A stretch of DNA of 16,395 bases from Gemmatimonadota bacterium. Lineage in GTDB: Bacteria; Gemmatimonadota; Gemmatimonadetes; Gemmatimonadales; GWC2-71-9. Shown here piece after piece: positions 7,554 through 15,375 of this stretch; position 1 is the stretch's first letter, and every line of letters begins with the position of its first letter. A program made the translations under genes and the position numbers. Below the pieces are notes generated by a model. That model saw only the letters and a program-made list of their open reading frames with translations. It was not told the origin of the DNA and ran no database searches. The DNA is taken from positions 1 through 16,395 of the forward strand of contig JAZDCZ010000230.1 in assembly GCA_036679605.1 (NCBI GenBank). The letters run 5' to 3'.

Positions 7554-9400
7554 AGAACGCCCTCGCTCTTCAGCTGCAAGCGACGGCCGGAACGTTCCGG
7601 TTGCGGCGTAGGGTCCGCAATTGGATGAAGGCGCCGACGTTCCCGCTCCGTTGCATCGCAGGCGACGATACGACCACCAGATATCCGCAACACAACGTCG
7701 GCCTGCTCGGCTACCTCCTGGTCGTGAGTAATCAATAACGTCGTACGTTCTCGCATGAGGCTTTTAATCGCACGCTGAACCTTTTCCTCGCTCTCCGCAT
7801 CGAGACCCGACATAGGTTCATCCAAGACGAGAATCGGGGAGTCGCAGATAACCGCCCGCGTGATGGCTATCCGCTGCCTCTCGCCACCGGACAGTTTCAC
7901 TCCACGCTCGCCCACCGTCGTCTCATATCCCTCAGGCAGCGCTTCGATGAACTCGCCAGCGTATGCGACCTCGGCCGCCCGTTCTATATCCTCCTGCGAT
8001 GCGTCGAGGTCACCGTAGGTAATGTTATCGCGGACGGTCGCGTTGAACAGTATGGTCTCTTGGAGCACGACACTCATCTGCTCGCGCAGTGAATTAAGCG
8101 TGTAGCGCCGTATATCGGTGCCGTCGACGAGGATCCTTCCTTCGTCGGGATCATAGAAACGCAAGAGCAGATCTGCGATCGTCGATTTGCCCGCTCCGCT
8201 CTCTCCTACCAAAGCCACCGTCTGACCCGGCTTGATATGGAAGCTGACGTCTCTGAGAATCGGAACACCAGGACGGTAACCAAACGAAACATTCTCGAAG
8301 ACAAGGTCGCCTTCGAAAGAAGGCGCTTCGACGGCGTCGGCGGCGTCTTTTATCTCCGGCTCTATTTCGAGAATTGACACGATCCTCTCACCACACACCG
8401 CCGCCTTGGCAAGCCGACTTGTCAGCGCCGAAAGCCGCCGTATCGGCTTGTACAGCGCCGCAACGTAGTGGGTAAATACGAGGAGGTCTCCGGGCGTAAG
8501 CGAGCCCGCCTGAACACGTCCGACGCCGAGCCATACGACTCCCGCCGTTCCGCCCGCGAGGATCACTTCTACCAGTCGATTGAGTTTTCCCTCGAGTTTT
8601 TTGGTTCGCAATCCAGCACGAACTTCCTTATCGACGCTCTTCGAAAATAACTCGTCTTCGTGGGCCTCACGCGCGAACGCCTTGACGACTCGAATTGCTG
8701 AAAGTTTCTCGGTCATCGCCGTTGTGATGCGGCTCTCGCGGCGCCGTTGACTACGGGTGGCGCCCTTGATCTCCGTGGTGAACTTCGACACCGTAAACGC
8801 GAGCAATGGGACGATAACGAGCGCGACCGCAGTGAGCTGCCAATCCATCCACATCATGACCGCGAGCATTCCGACGAGCATGAGAAGACGGTCGCTAAGA
8901 AAGATTACTGAATTGACCAGCAGATCGCGCATACGATGGATATCGCCGGTAAGCCGTGCGAGTAGATCGCCGGTGCTATTGGAGTCGTGAAACGAGTGCG
9001 AGAGGCGCTGGATGTGGCCGTACAGTTGATGACGAACACGCCCGACGACGCGCTGACCGACGGCCGCTGCGTGATAAGTCTGTCCGTAGCGGAATAGCCC
9101 GGCCAACGCGGCGATGACCAGGATGGAGAGGACTACCGCGACGAGCAGGCCCTCTATTCCGCCCAACGCTGCCTGCAGCCCGACCAGGTATCCTGAACTG
9201 TCGCCGTCGCGCTGGAGGAGAACATCGAAAACGATCTTGAGTGGCCACGGCCTCAGTAGTTCCATGACCGTTGCGCCGAGCATGAAGGCTCCAGCTCCCG
9301 CGAGCTCCCCTCGATACGGACGAACATGAGGTGCAAAGTGGCGCCATAGGCGCCGGAACCCGGTCGGCCTCAACCGCCCCTCGTGGTGTTTGCCGCTCAC
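7550..9400 (-). CDS. ABC exporter, fused permease + ATP-binding domain (MsbA/type IV-like half transporter)
   Basis: N-terminal multi-helix TMD. The NBD has Walker A GESGAGKST, Q-loop VVLQE, signature LSGGERQR, Walker B ILVLDE and H-loop ITHD. GTG start lies 1 nt after the upstream stop. Confidence 0.95.
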   Translation of the reverse strand: MSGKHHEGRLRPTGFRRLWRHFAPHVRPYRGELAGAGAFMLGATVMELLRPWPLKIVFDVLLQRDGDSSGYLVGLQAALGGIEGLLVAVVLSILVIAALAGLFRYGQTYHAAAVGQRVVGRVRHQLYGHIQRLSHSFHDSNSTGDLLARLTGDIHRMRDLLVNSVIFLSDRLLMLVGMLAVMMWMDWQLTAVALVIVPLLAFTVSKFTTEIKGATRSQRRRESRITTAMTEKLSAIRVVKAFAREAHEDELFSKSVDKEVRAGLRTKKLEGKLNRLVEVILAGGTAGVVWLGVGRVQAGSLTPGDLLVFTHYVAALYKPIRRLSALTSRLAKAAVCGERIVSILEIEPEIKDAADAVEAPSFEGDLVFENVSFGYRPGVPILRDVSFHIKPGQTVALVGESGAGKSTIADLLLRFYDPDEGRILVDGTDIRRYTLNSLREQMSVVLQETILFNATVRDNITYGDLDASQEDIERAAEVAYAGEFIEALPEGYETTVGERGVKLSGGERQRIAITRAVICDSPILVLDEPMSGLDAESEEKVQRAIKSLMRERTTLLITHDQEVAEQADVVLRISGGRIVACDATERERRRLHPIADPTPQPERSGRRLQLKSEGVL

Positions 9401-9401
9401 C

Positions 9402-10604
9402 TCAGGCCGCCTCTAGAAGCCTGCCGGCGATCTCAGCGGTAAGCGAGGCATTCTTCTCCCAAGTGTACTCGAGTGCGGATCGAGCGGCTCCTCGCCCCAA
9501 AGACTGGCGAAACTCCGAATCTTCGTACAAACACAGGAGTTTATCGGCCAGTTCTCCGACGTCACCGGGTGTCACCAGAAGGCCGTTCCGCCCATCTTCT
9601 ATCACTTCGCAAACCTGCCCGATTGCGCTCGCCACGATCGGTCGGCCGACGGCCATGTATTCAAAAAGCTTCAGCGGGGAAAAGTAGAAGCCCTGCAGTT
9701 GCCCGTAAGGCGCAACAGCCACATCCATGGCCTGCAGCAACCCCGGCAGACGTTCGTAGGGCACCCAGCCCGTTATCGTGACTCTTCCGTCGAGTCCGGC
9801 TCCGCGAATATATCCTTCGATCCAGTTCCTGGTGGGACCGTCCCCTACGATGAGCAAATGGAACCTAGGATTCTCGCGGGCCACGATCGCGAACGCGTCC
9901 AGCAGCGACTCGTGATCGTGCCATGCCTTCAGACTGCCCACGAATCCGACGACAAACGCGTCTCGCCCGATACCGTCAATCTTTTCTGACGGCACGTCGG
10001 GATGAAAACGCACCGGATCTACACCATTCGGCACCACCACCGCACGCTCGAGATCGGCGCCATTGGACACAGCGTAGTCACGAATCTGCTCGGAAACGGT
10101 GAGCAGCATATCGGCGCAGGTGAATACTTCACGCTCGATAGCCTCGGCCTCGACGGCGAGAACCAAATCGCGATAGCGTTGCTGCTCGAGCAGCAACGGT
10201 GCGTTGACCTCGACTATACACGGCACTCCGATCTGTTTGGCCGCGCGCACACCTGCAGCGCTCCACAGGGAGTAACGTTCATAGATACAATCAAAATGGG
10301 CGACACGATGATGCTCGGTAATAGCCTCTTCCATCGCGCGTCCTACCGACAAACGGTAGCGTTCCTTCGCTAACGCCTTGCCACCGCCGGAAAGCTCCGT
10401 CTGCTCACGTTCGTCGATCAAAGACCGGACCTTGACCACCGGCGCTCTTACGGTATTGCCGCGTTCGCCGATGCGGGAAGCGAGGACAGTAACATCGTGA
10501 TCCAAAGCAACGAACGCGTTGGTCAACTCCTGGATATGGATCGATGCACCCTTGGCACCGAATACCGGAATGCCATGATCCGCGGTGACGTAGGCTATCC
10601 TCAT
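9402..10604 (-). CDS. Glycosyltransferase family 4 (GT-B)
   Basis: MRIAYVTADHG...GAKGASIHI, IYERYSLW, VVPNGVD, GFVGSLKAWH and FSPLKLFEYMAVGRPIVAS. The start is set at ATG 10604 (ATGA overlap) rather than the ORF-track 10763. Confidence 0.93.
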   Translation of the reverse strand: MRIAYVTADHGIPVFGAKGASIHIQELTNAFVALDHDVTVLASRIGERGNTVRAPVVKVRSLIDEREQTELSGGGKALAKERYRLSVGRAMEEAITEHHRVAHFDCIYERYSLWSAAGVRAAKQIGVPCIVEVNAPLLLEQQRYRDLVLAVEAEAIEREVFTCADMLLTVSEQIRDYAVSNGADLERAVVVPNGVDPVRFHPDVPSEKIDGIGRDAFVVGFVGSLKAWHDHESLLDAFAIVARENPRFHLLIVGDGPTRNWIEGYIRGAGLDGRVTITGWVPYERLPGLLQAMDVAVAPYGQLQGFYFSPLKLFEYMAVGRPIVASAIGQVCEVIEDGRNGLLVTPGDVGELADKLLCLYEDSEFRQSLGRGAARSALEYTWEKNASLTAEIAGRLLEAA

Positions 10605-11827
10605 ATCCCACCGGCGACCAGTGCCATCTGGGGAATGGCACCGGCAAACAACTCCCTGACCTGCGCAGCATTTCGATGAACGTCGAACGCGGTCTCGATG
10701 AGTTCTCGCGCGCGCCCGGCCAGACGACAACGCTTGCCCGGATCCGCGAGCAGTTTTCCACACGCCTCCGCCAGCATAGCGGCGTCGTGCTGCCCGACCA
10801 CCAACCCTGTTTGTCCGTCACGCACGACCTCCGGAATGCCGGTCACATCGGTCGAAACACACGGAGTACCCAAAGCCATCGCCTCCAGCAGGACCGTCGG
10901 TAGCCCATCGCGGTTACCATCGGCACCCAACACGCACGGTGCGGCAAACACCGCGGCAGTGCTGATCTCGGCGATCACCTCTCGCTGCGGACGTGGCCCT
11001 ACGAGTTCTACACGGTCGCTCAATCCGAGTTTGTCGATCTGTTCCGACAAAGGATGCGATTCGGGACCGGCACCGATGAGCTTGCACCGGAACGGCGTGC
11101 CTCGTTCGGCAAGAATCCCGCATGCATCGACCAGGCAAGAGAAGCCCTTCTTCTCCACGAGTCGACCCACAGCTACAATGATAGGCTCGCGATCCGTCGG
11201 CGAGCGAAACGGGAAGCGATCGAGATCCAGCCCGTTGTACACGCGAACAACCCCCTCAGCCGCCGAACCCCAATTCTCTCTCAGATACTCGAGGTTGAAA
11301 TCGCTTACCGTCACGACCGCCCTTGCACCTTCGAGCTTGCGACGCAGATCGCCGGTATCGACGCTTTGGTGAAAAATGTCTTTGGCGTGTGCCGTGAATG
11401 TGTAAGGGATGCCGCTAAAAGCCGAGGCAAGCCGCGCAACAGACGTGGCCGAGGTGCCGAAGTGAGCGTGAAGATGGGTAATGCGCTTTTCTTCTAGGTG
11501 TTTCGCGAGTTCGAGGGCCTGATAAACCTCCGTGGCGTCCTCGTTGAGCGCCATTTTCAACGCGTCGGTAAAACGGCAGTCGCGTTCTCTCGCCGAACGC
11601 AATGAGGCCCAAAGCGAGGAGGCCTTCACCTCGGTGGCTCGGAGATAATGAACCGGCGCACGGACTCGTGCTATCACGTCCTGGAAATGCCCGTCGGAAG
11701 GATAACGAAGCGAAAAGATATCGATCTCTGTCCCGGCGGCCTCGTGAGCCAGGATCTCGTTCACAACGAAGGTCTCCGAATACCTCGGGTACCTCTTGAG
11801 AACGTATCCGACGCGCATGGAGTTCAC
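10601..11827 (-). CDS. Glycosyltransferase family 4, WcaL-like
   Basis: YPRYSETFVVNEI, HLHAHFG, FTAHAKDIF, VGRLVEKKG and RDGLPTVLLEAMALGTPCVST. GTG 11827 overlaps the upstream stop (GTGA); ATG 11818 is an alternative start. Confidence 0.93.
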   Translation of the reverse strand: MNSMRVGYVLKRYPRYSETFVVNEILAHEAAGTEIDIFSLRYPSDGHFQDVIARVRAPVHYLRATEVKASSLWASLRSARERDCRFTDALKMALNEDATEVYQALELAKHLEEKRITHLHAHFGTSATSVARLASAFSGIPYTFTAHAKDIFHQSVDTGDLRRKLEGARAVVTVSDFNLEYLRENWGSAAEGVVRVYNGLDLDRFPFRSPTDREPIIVAVGRLVEKKGFSCLVDACGILAERGTPFRCKLIGAGPESHPLSEQIDKLGLSDRVELVGPRPQREVIAEISTAAVFAAPCVLGADGNRDGLPTVLLEAMALGTPCVSTDVTGIPEVVRDGQTGLVVGQHDAAMLAEACGKLLADPGKRCRLAGRARELIETAFDVHRNAAQVRELFAGAIPQMALVAGGI

Positions 11828-13092
11828 GCTGTCGCAGCTCCTAGTGCCCGCCGCCGAAGCAGGCGGGGTGAACCCCTGAGCAGGTTCTGAATCGCGAGAA
11901 GCCCGTTCATGCGAATACGATCGAGCGCACCGCTAGGACCCGACACATCGCTACACAACCACGCGTGGAGCGCCTGAGTCGTCAACTCATCGGGGTGATA
12001 CAGGTCGACCAACCCTAGGTCGCGCATGCGCTCTCCGCGCACCAACTGTTCCCGGCGAGGCATAACTCGCGGCACGACGAGGGTCCTCTTACCGAGGGAG
12101 AGTAACTCGCATAATGTATTGTAGCCCCCCATGGTGACTACGCGGTCCGCCCGCCGCACGATTTCCCCGATCCGGGCTACGAAGTCGATGACGTACAGCT
12201 TCGGATCGTTTTCTGCTTTTTCGTGAAGCCGCTTGCGGATCGCCTCGGGCATAAAAGGCCCAGGTAGGATCACGCCGGTCATATCAGGCGGAAGCGGAGT
12301 GTCCGCGAATGTGTGGGCAAGCGCCCCCCCGTCTTCCCCGCCGCCGACCAGGCACAAAGCGACACGCCCAGGCAGTTCCGCACCAATTAGAGATTCCAAC
12401 GACAGTGCCGCAGGATCGCTGTCCTCATAGTTGTGGCAGTCTAAGTACCCGGTGTACTTTGCCTTGGCGCCGACCACCTCGGACATGCCACACTCGCTCA
12501 CCAGATCGTATACGTACGGATCTCCATAAATCCACACATCATCGTAATAATCTCGCACGGCGGAATCGTTGTCGGCCAGATCCCACTCTCGCCGCGCCGT
12601 TTCCGGATCGTCAAGAATGTCCCTCAGTCCGAGAATGCAGCGAACATGACCGTTCTCACGTGCCCATTCCAGCACGGGCAACAATTCGCCGGCGACTCCA
12701 CGCGGCACTTTGTCGACAATGAAAACGTCGGGCTCGAAAGCCTTCACCGCTGCTCGGATGATATCGCCACGGATGTCCAACGTCTCCGCCAGTGACAGGC
12801 CTAGAGAACGAGCACCATAGTCGCCGTTTTCGAGCTTGGACAGCGACGGCAAAGTAACGCAGTCGACCCCCTGCGGCAGAGGAAACAGTCGTGTCTCAAC
12901 GGCACCCGCGACAAGCAACACATTGGCCTTCAGCGGCGAGCCTACCAAGGATTTGGCGATCAGCAGATTCCGCCGAAAATGACCCAGGCCGACCGTGTCA
13001 TGCGAGTACAACACCACACGCAGCGGATGGCCATCCGAGGGCCGGCCGTGGGACACTCCGCCCCTTCTCGATTCAGACTTAGTCAAGGACAT
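11824..13092 (-). CDS. Predicted GT-B glycosyltransferase (COG4671-like; GT28 C-terminal-type)
   Basis: LYSHDTVGLGHFRRNLLIA, VDKVPRG, LGLRDILD, VGGGEDG and VTMGGYNTLCE...VVPRVMPRREQ. The start is uncertain: ATG 13092 is chosen and ATG 13143 (ORF track) is the alternative. Confidence 0.88.
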   Translation of the reverse strand: MSLTKSESRRGGVSHGRPSDGHPLRVVLYSHDTVGLGHFRRNLLIAKSLVGSPLKANVLLVAGAVETRLFPLPQGVDCVTLPSLSKLENGDYGARSLGLSLAETLDIRGDIIRAAVKAFEPDVFIVDKVPRGVAGELLPVLEWARENGHVRCILGLRDILDDPETARREWDLADNDSAVRDYYDDVWIYGDPYVYDLVSECGMSEVVGAKAKYTGYLDCHNYEDSDPAALSLESLIGAELPGRVALCLVGGGEDGGALAHTFADTPLPPDMTGVILPGPFMPEAIRKRLHEKAENDPKLYVIDFVARIGEIVRRADRVVTMGGYNTLCELLSLGKRTLVVPRVMPRREQLVRGERMRDLGLVDLYHPDELTTQALHAWLCSDVSGPSGALDRIRMNGLLAIQNLLRGSPRLLRRRALGAATA

Positions 13093-13099
13093 TTTCCGT

Positions 13100-13219
13100 C
13101 TATCGCCGCGATAGACGTTCTGACTTACAGCGATCGAACCCATCGTCTTTTTTGGCTCCCTGCCCCCTGACTTCTAAATTCGGCTTTCCATTCTGCGCCA
13201 TGCGATCCACTTGCTTCAT
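13100..13219 (-). CDS. Possible 39-aa leader ORF (MKQVDRMAQNGKPNLEVRGQGAKKDDGFDRCKSERLSRR)
   Basis: ATG at 13219 is preceded by AGGAG (11-nt spacing) and GGGGAG (3-nt spacing) and lies downstream of the predicted sigma54 start. Its TAG stop ends 7 nt before ATG 13092. No recognisable homology. Confidence 0.3.
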   Translation of the reverse strand: MKQVDRMAQNGKPNLEVRGQGAKKDDGFDRCKSERLSRR

Positions 13220-13297
13220 TGACTCCCCGTCTCCTAGTCTGCGAGCACTACTAGCTTCAACACGCTCGTCTAGAGTCCGATGGCGTCGCCCCTGAAC

Positions 13298-13313
13298 AGC
13301 AATATCCATGCCG
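13298..13313 (-). promoter_or_regulatory. Sigma54 (-24/-12) promoter for the glycosyltransferase operon
   Basis: The minus strand reads CGGCATGGATATTGCT, i.e. GG-N10-GC, close to the consensus TGGCACG-N4-TTGCW. It is intergenic and points at the operon. Confidence 0.7.
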
Positions 13314-13474
13314 CATGTTTCCGGTGCGGAGGCCGCGGAAAGCGGCCTATGTCCCACCTTTTCGAGGGGGTCGGAGTGGGGCGAATGGCCCACATGGGCG
13401 GCCTCGCTCAAGGCCGTCGATTGGCGCGCAGCGGTTTTTCGGCGCTCGAAGGAAACCTCAGCCGCCGTGGAGCC

Positions 13475-13490
13475 TGGCATACGCTTTGCT
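13475..13490 (+). promoter_or_regulatory. Sigma54 (-24/-12) promoter for the plus-strand secreted-protein genes
   Basis: TGGCATACGCTTTGCT is GG-N10-GC with TGGCA and TTGCT boxes. The predicted +1 is near 13501, about 40 nt before the GTG start at 13540. Confidence 0.75.
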
Positions 13491-13539
13491 AGTTTGCCGA
13501 CGGGCCGATCAGCGACGCGGAGCCCTAGGAGTGATCAAC

Positions 13540-15360
13540 GTGAAAAAAAGAAAGACTCGAGAGACCGTGCCACAAAGACGGCGCAAGCAGAGAACTTGGG
13601 CCGGTCTACTTGCAACACTCGTGCTGATTTTGGCGAGCGCGGTTCAGGCCGACGCGCTCTTCGGCGGCGGTGAATTCCAGGTCAACTCGACAGTACCGGG
13701 AGAACAAGGATACGCGTCAATCGCCCACTTGACCGGGGGAGGATTCATCGTCGCATGGGAAAGCGAGGGCCAAGACGGCAGCGGCAACGGCGTTGCCGGC
13801 CAACTGCTGAACTCTTCAGGCTCTCCTGTCGGCACGGAGTTTCTGATCAATAGTTTTACGGCTCTGGCCCAAGACGCCGTGGTAGTGGTCGCGGACGCCG
13901 CCGGTGGCTTCATCGCAGTCTGGGAAAGCGACGGTCAAGACGGAAGCAATAAAGGTGTCTTCGCACGCCACTTCGATGCGAGCGGAACGCCGATGGGATC
14001 CGAGTTCCAGGTCAACGTGTTCACCACCTTGAGTCAAGATGACCCCGCAATCGCTACAGACGCCGCCGGCAGTATCGTCGTCGTCTGGGAAAGCGTCGGC
14101 CAAGACGGCGACCTCGGCGGAATTTTCGGAAGGCGATTCGACAGCAGCGGCAGCCCTCTCGGAACCGAGTTCCAGGCAAACACGTTCACGCTCGGGCCTC
14201 AGGTCGATCCGGCGGTAGGAATGGACGCGGCCGGTAACTTTGTGGTTGTCTGGGGCAGCATCGGTCAAGACGGCAGTGCCTCGGGGGTGTTCGCCCAGCG
14301 CTTCGACAGCTCAGGAACACCGGTTGGAACTGAATTCCGCACCAATACCTTCACTGCAGGCGGTCAGGACGAGGCAGCAGTCGCCGTGGACAGTGCCGGC
14401 AACTTCGTGGTTCTGTGGGAGAGTTTCGGTCAGGATGGGTCTACCAACGGTGTCTTCGGCCAACTATATCAAGCCGGAGGCTTGCCGGCCGGAACTGAAT
14501 TCCAGGTCAACGCCTACACCACCTATTCCCAAGACGACGTCAGTGCGAGCTTCGATTCCACCACTGGAGATTTCCTCGTCGTGTGGGAGAGCGTCAACCA
14601 AGACGGGGGCATTGTCGGCAACAACGGGGTATTCGCGCGGCGCTTCGACGGATTGGCGATCCCGCTGGAAGACGAGTTCCAGGTCAACGTCTTCACCACT
14701 GGCGGCCAAGATGACGGTGTCGCAAGCATCGACTCTGATGGCAACTTCGTCGTGGTCTGGACCAGCTCTCTGCAGGATGGAAGCGACGACGGTATTTTTG
14801 CGCGACGCTTTGCAGCCTCACTGTGCCCGTCTATTCCCGATACAGGCTGTCGGCTCGGCCAACCGGGGCGCTCGGGTCTTCAAATCAAGGACAAGGTGGG
14901 CCCGAAGGACCAACTAAAATGGAAACTCAACAAAGGCGACGCTACAGACCTTGCCGACTTCCTGGACCCTCTGGGGAGTTCGTCTGCGACTCTGCGGCTG
15001 TGCTTGTACGACCAATCGGCGGCAGCGCAACCTTTGCTCGAAGCCGATATTCCTCCGCAAGGCACCTGCGGCACGAAACCTTGCTGGAAAACAAGCGGGA
15101 CGACCGGGTTCAAGTATAAGAACAAGACAGCACTTCCGAACGGGATCCGCGATGTAAAGCTCAAAGCCGGAGTCGCCGGAAAATCTCAAGTCAGTGTCAA
15201 AGGCAAAGGTGGGAGTCTAGCCACACCCGCGCTCCCGCTTACCTTCCCGGTAACCGCTCAGTTGATCATAACCGACGGCGCATCCAGCAATTGCTGGCAA
15301 AACACCTTCAGTACATTCACAAAAAATAATGCCCTGCAGGTGAAGGCCAAAGGGCCCTAG
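13540..15360 (+). CDS. Secreted repeat protein (seven 55-aa repeats, probable beta-propeller) with Cys/Lys-rich C-terminal domain
   Basis: The start is moved from the ORF-track 13315 to GTG 13540 (AGGAG 8 nt upstream), giving the signal peptide MKKRK...WAGLLATLVLILASAVQADA|. Seven repeats of GxEFQVNxFTxxxQDxxAVAxDxxGNFVVVWESxGQDGSxxGVFARRFD follow, then a ~180-aa domain ending KAKGP. Confidence 0.9.
   Translation: MKKRKTRETVPQRRRKQRTWAGLLATLVLILASAVQADALFGGGEFQVNSTVPGEQGYASIAHLTGGGFIVAWESEGQDGSGNGVAGQLLNSSGSPVGTEFLINSFTALAQDAVVVVADAAGGFIAVWESDGQDGSNKGVFARHFDASGTPMGSEFQVNVFTTLSQDDPAIATDAAGSIVVVWESVGQDGDLGGIFGRRFDSSGSPLGTEFQANTFTLGPQVDPAVGMDAAGNFVVVWGSIGQDGSASGVFAQRFDSSGTPVGTEFRTNTFTAGGQDEAAVAVDSAGNFVVLWESFGQDGSTNGVFGQLYQAGGLPAGTEFQVNAYTTYSQDDVSASFDSTTGDFLVVWESVNQDGGIVGNNGVFARRFDGLAIPLEDEFQVNVFTTGGQDDGVASIDSDGNFVVVWTSSLQDGSDDGIFARRFAASLCPSIPDTGCRLGQPGRSGLQIKDKVGPKDQLKWKLNKGDATDLADFLDPLGSSSATLRLCLYDQSAAAQPLLEADIPPQGTCGTKPCWKTSGTTGFKYKNKTALPNGIRDVKLKAGVAGKSQVSVKGKGGSLATPALPLTFPVTAQLIITDGASSNCWQNTFSTFTKNNALQVKAKGP
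13666..14811 (+). repeat. Seven intragenic ~165-bp (55-aa) repeats
   Basis: Units start GGEFQVN, GTEFLIN, GSEFQVN, GTEFQAN, GTEFRTN, GTEFQVN and EDEFQVN. At DNA level gagttccaggtcaac and caagacgg recur. Confidence 0.9.
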
Positions 15361-15375
15361 GGAAAGGACCGGAAC

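Noticed and set aside
13220..13480. Upstream part of the 126-aa minus ORF 13100-13480
   Set aside because: It starts upstream of the minus-strand sigma54 site and has no recognisable features. Only the 39-aa portion from ATG 13219 has an RBS.
13315..13539. N-terminal 75 aa of the 681-aa ORF-track call
   Set aside because: This stretch spans the predicted promoter region. GTG 13540 has a good RBS and directly yields a signal peptide.
13666..14811. Periodic DNA repeats as a CRISPR array or DGR template/variable repeat
   Set aside because: The repeats are degenerate, in frame and protein-coding, with codon-level divergence. There is no repeat-spacer structure and no cas or reverse transcriptase gene.
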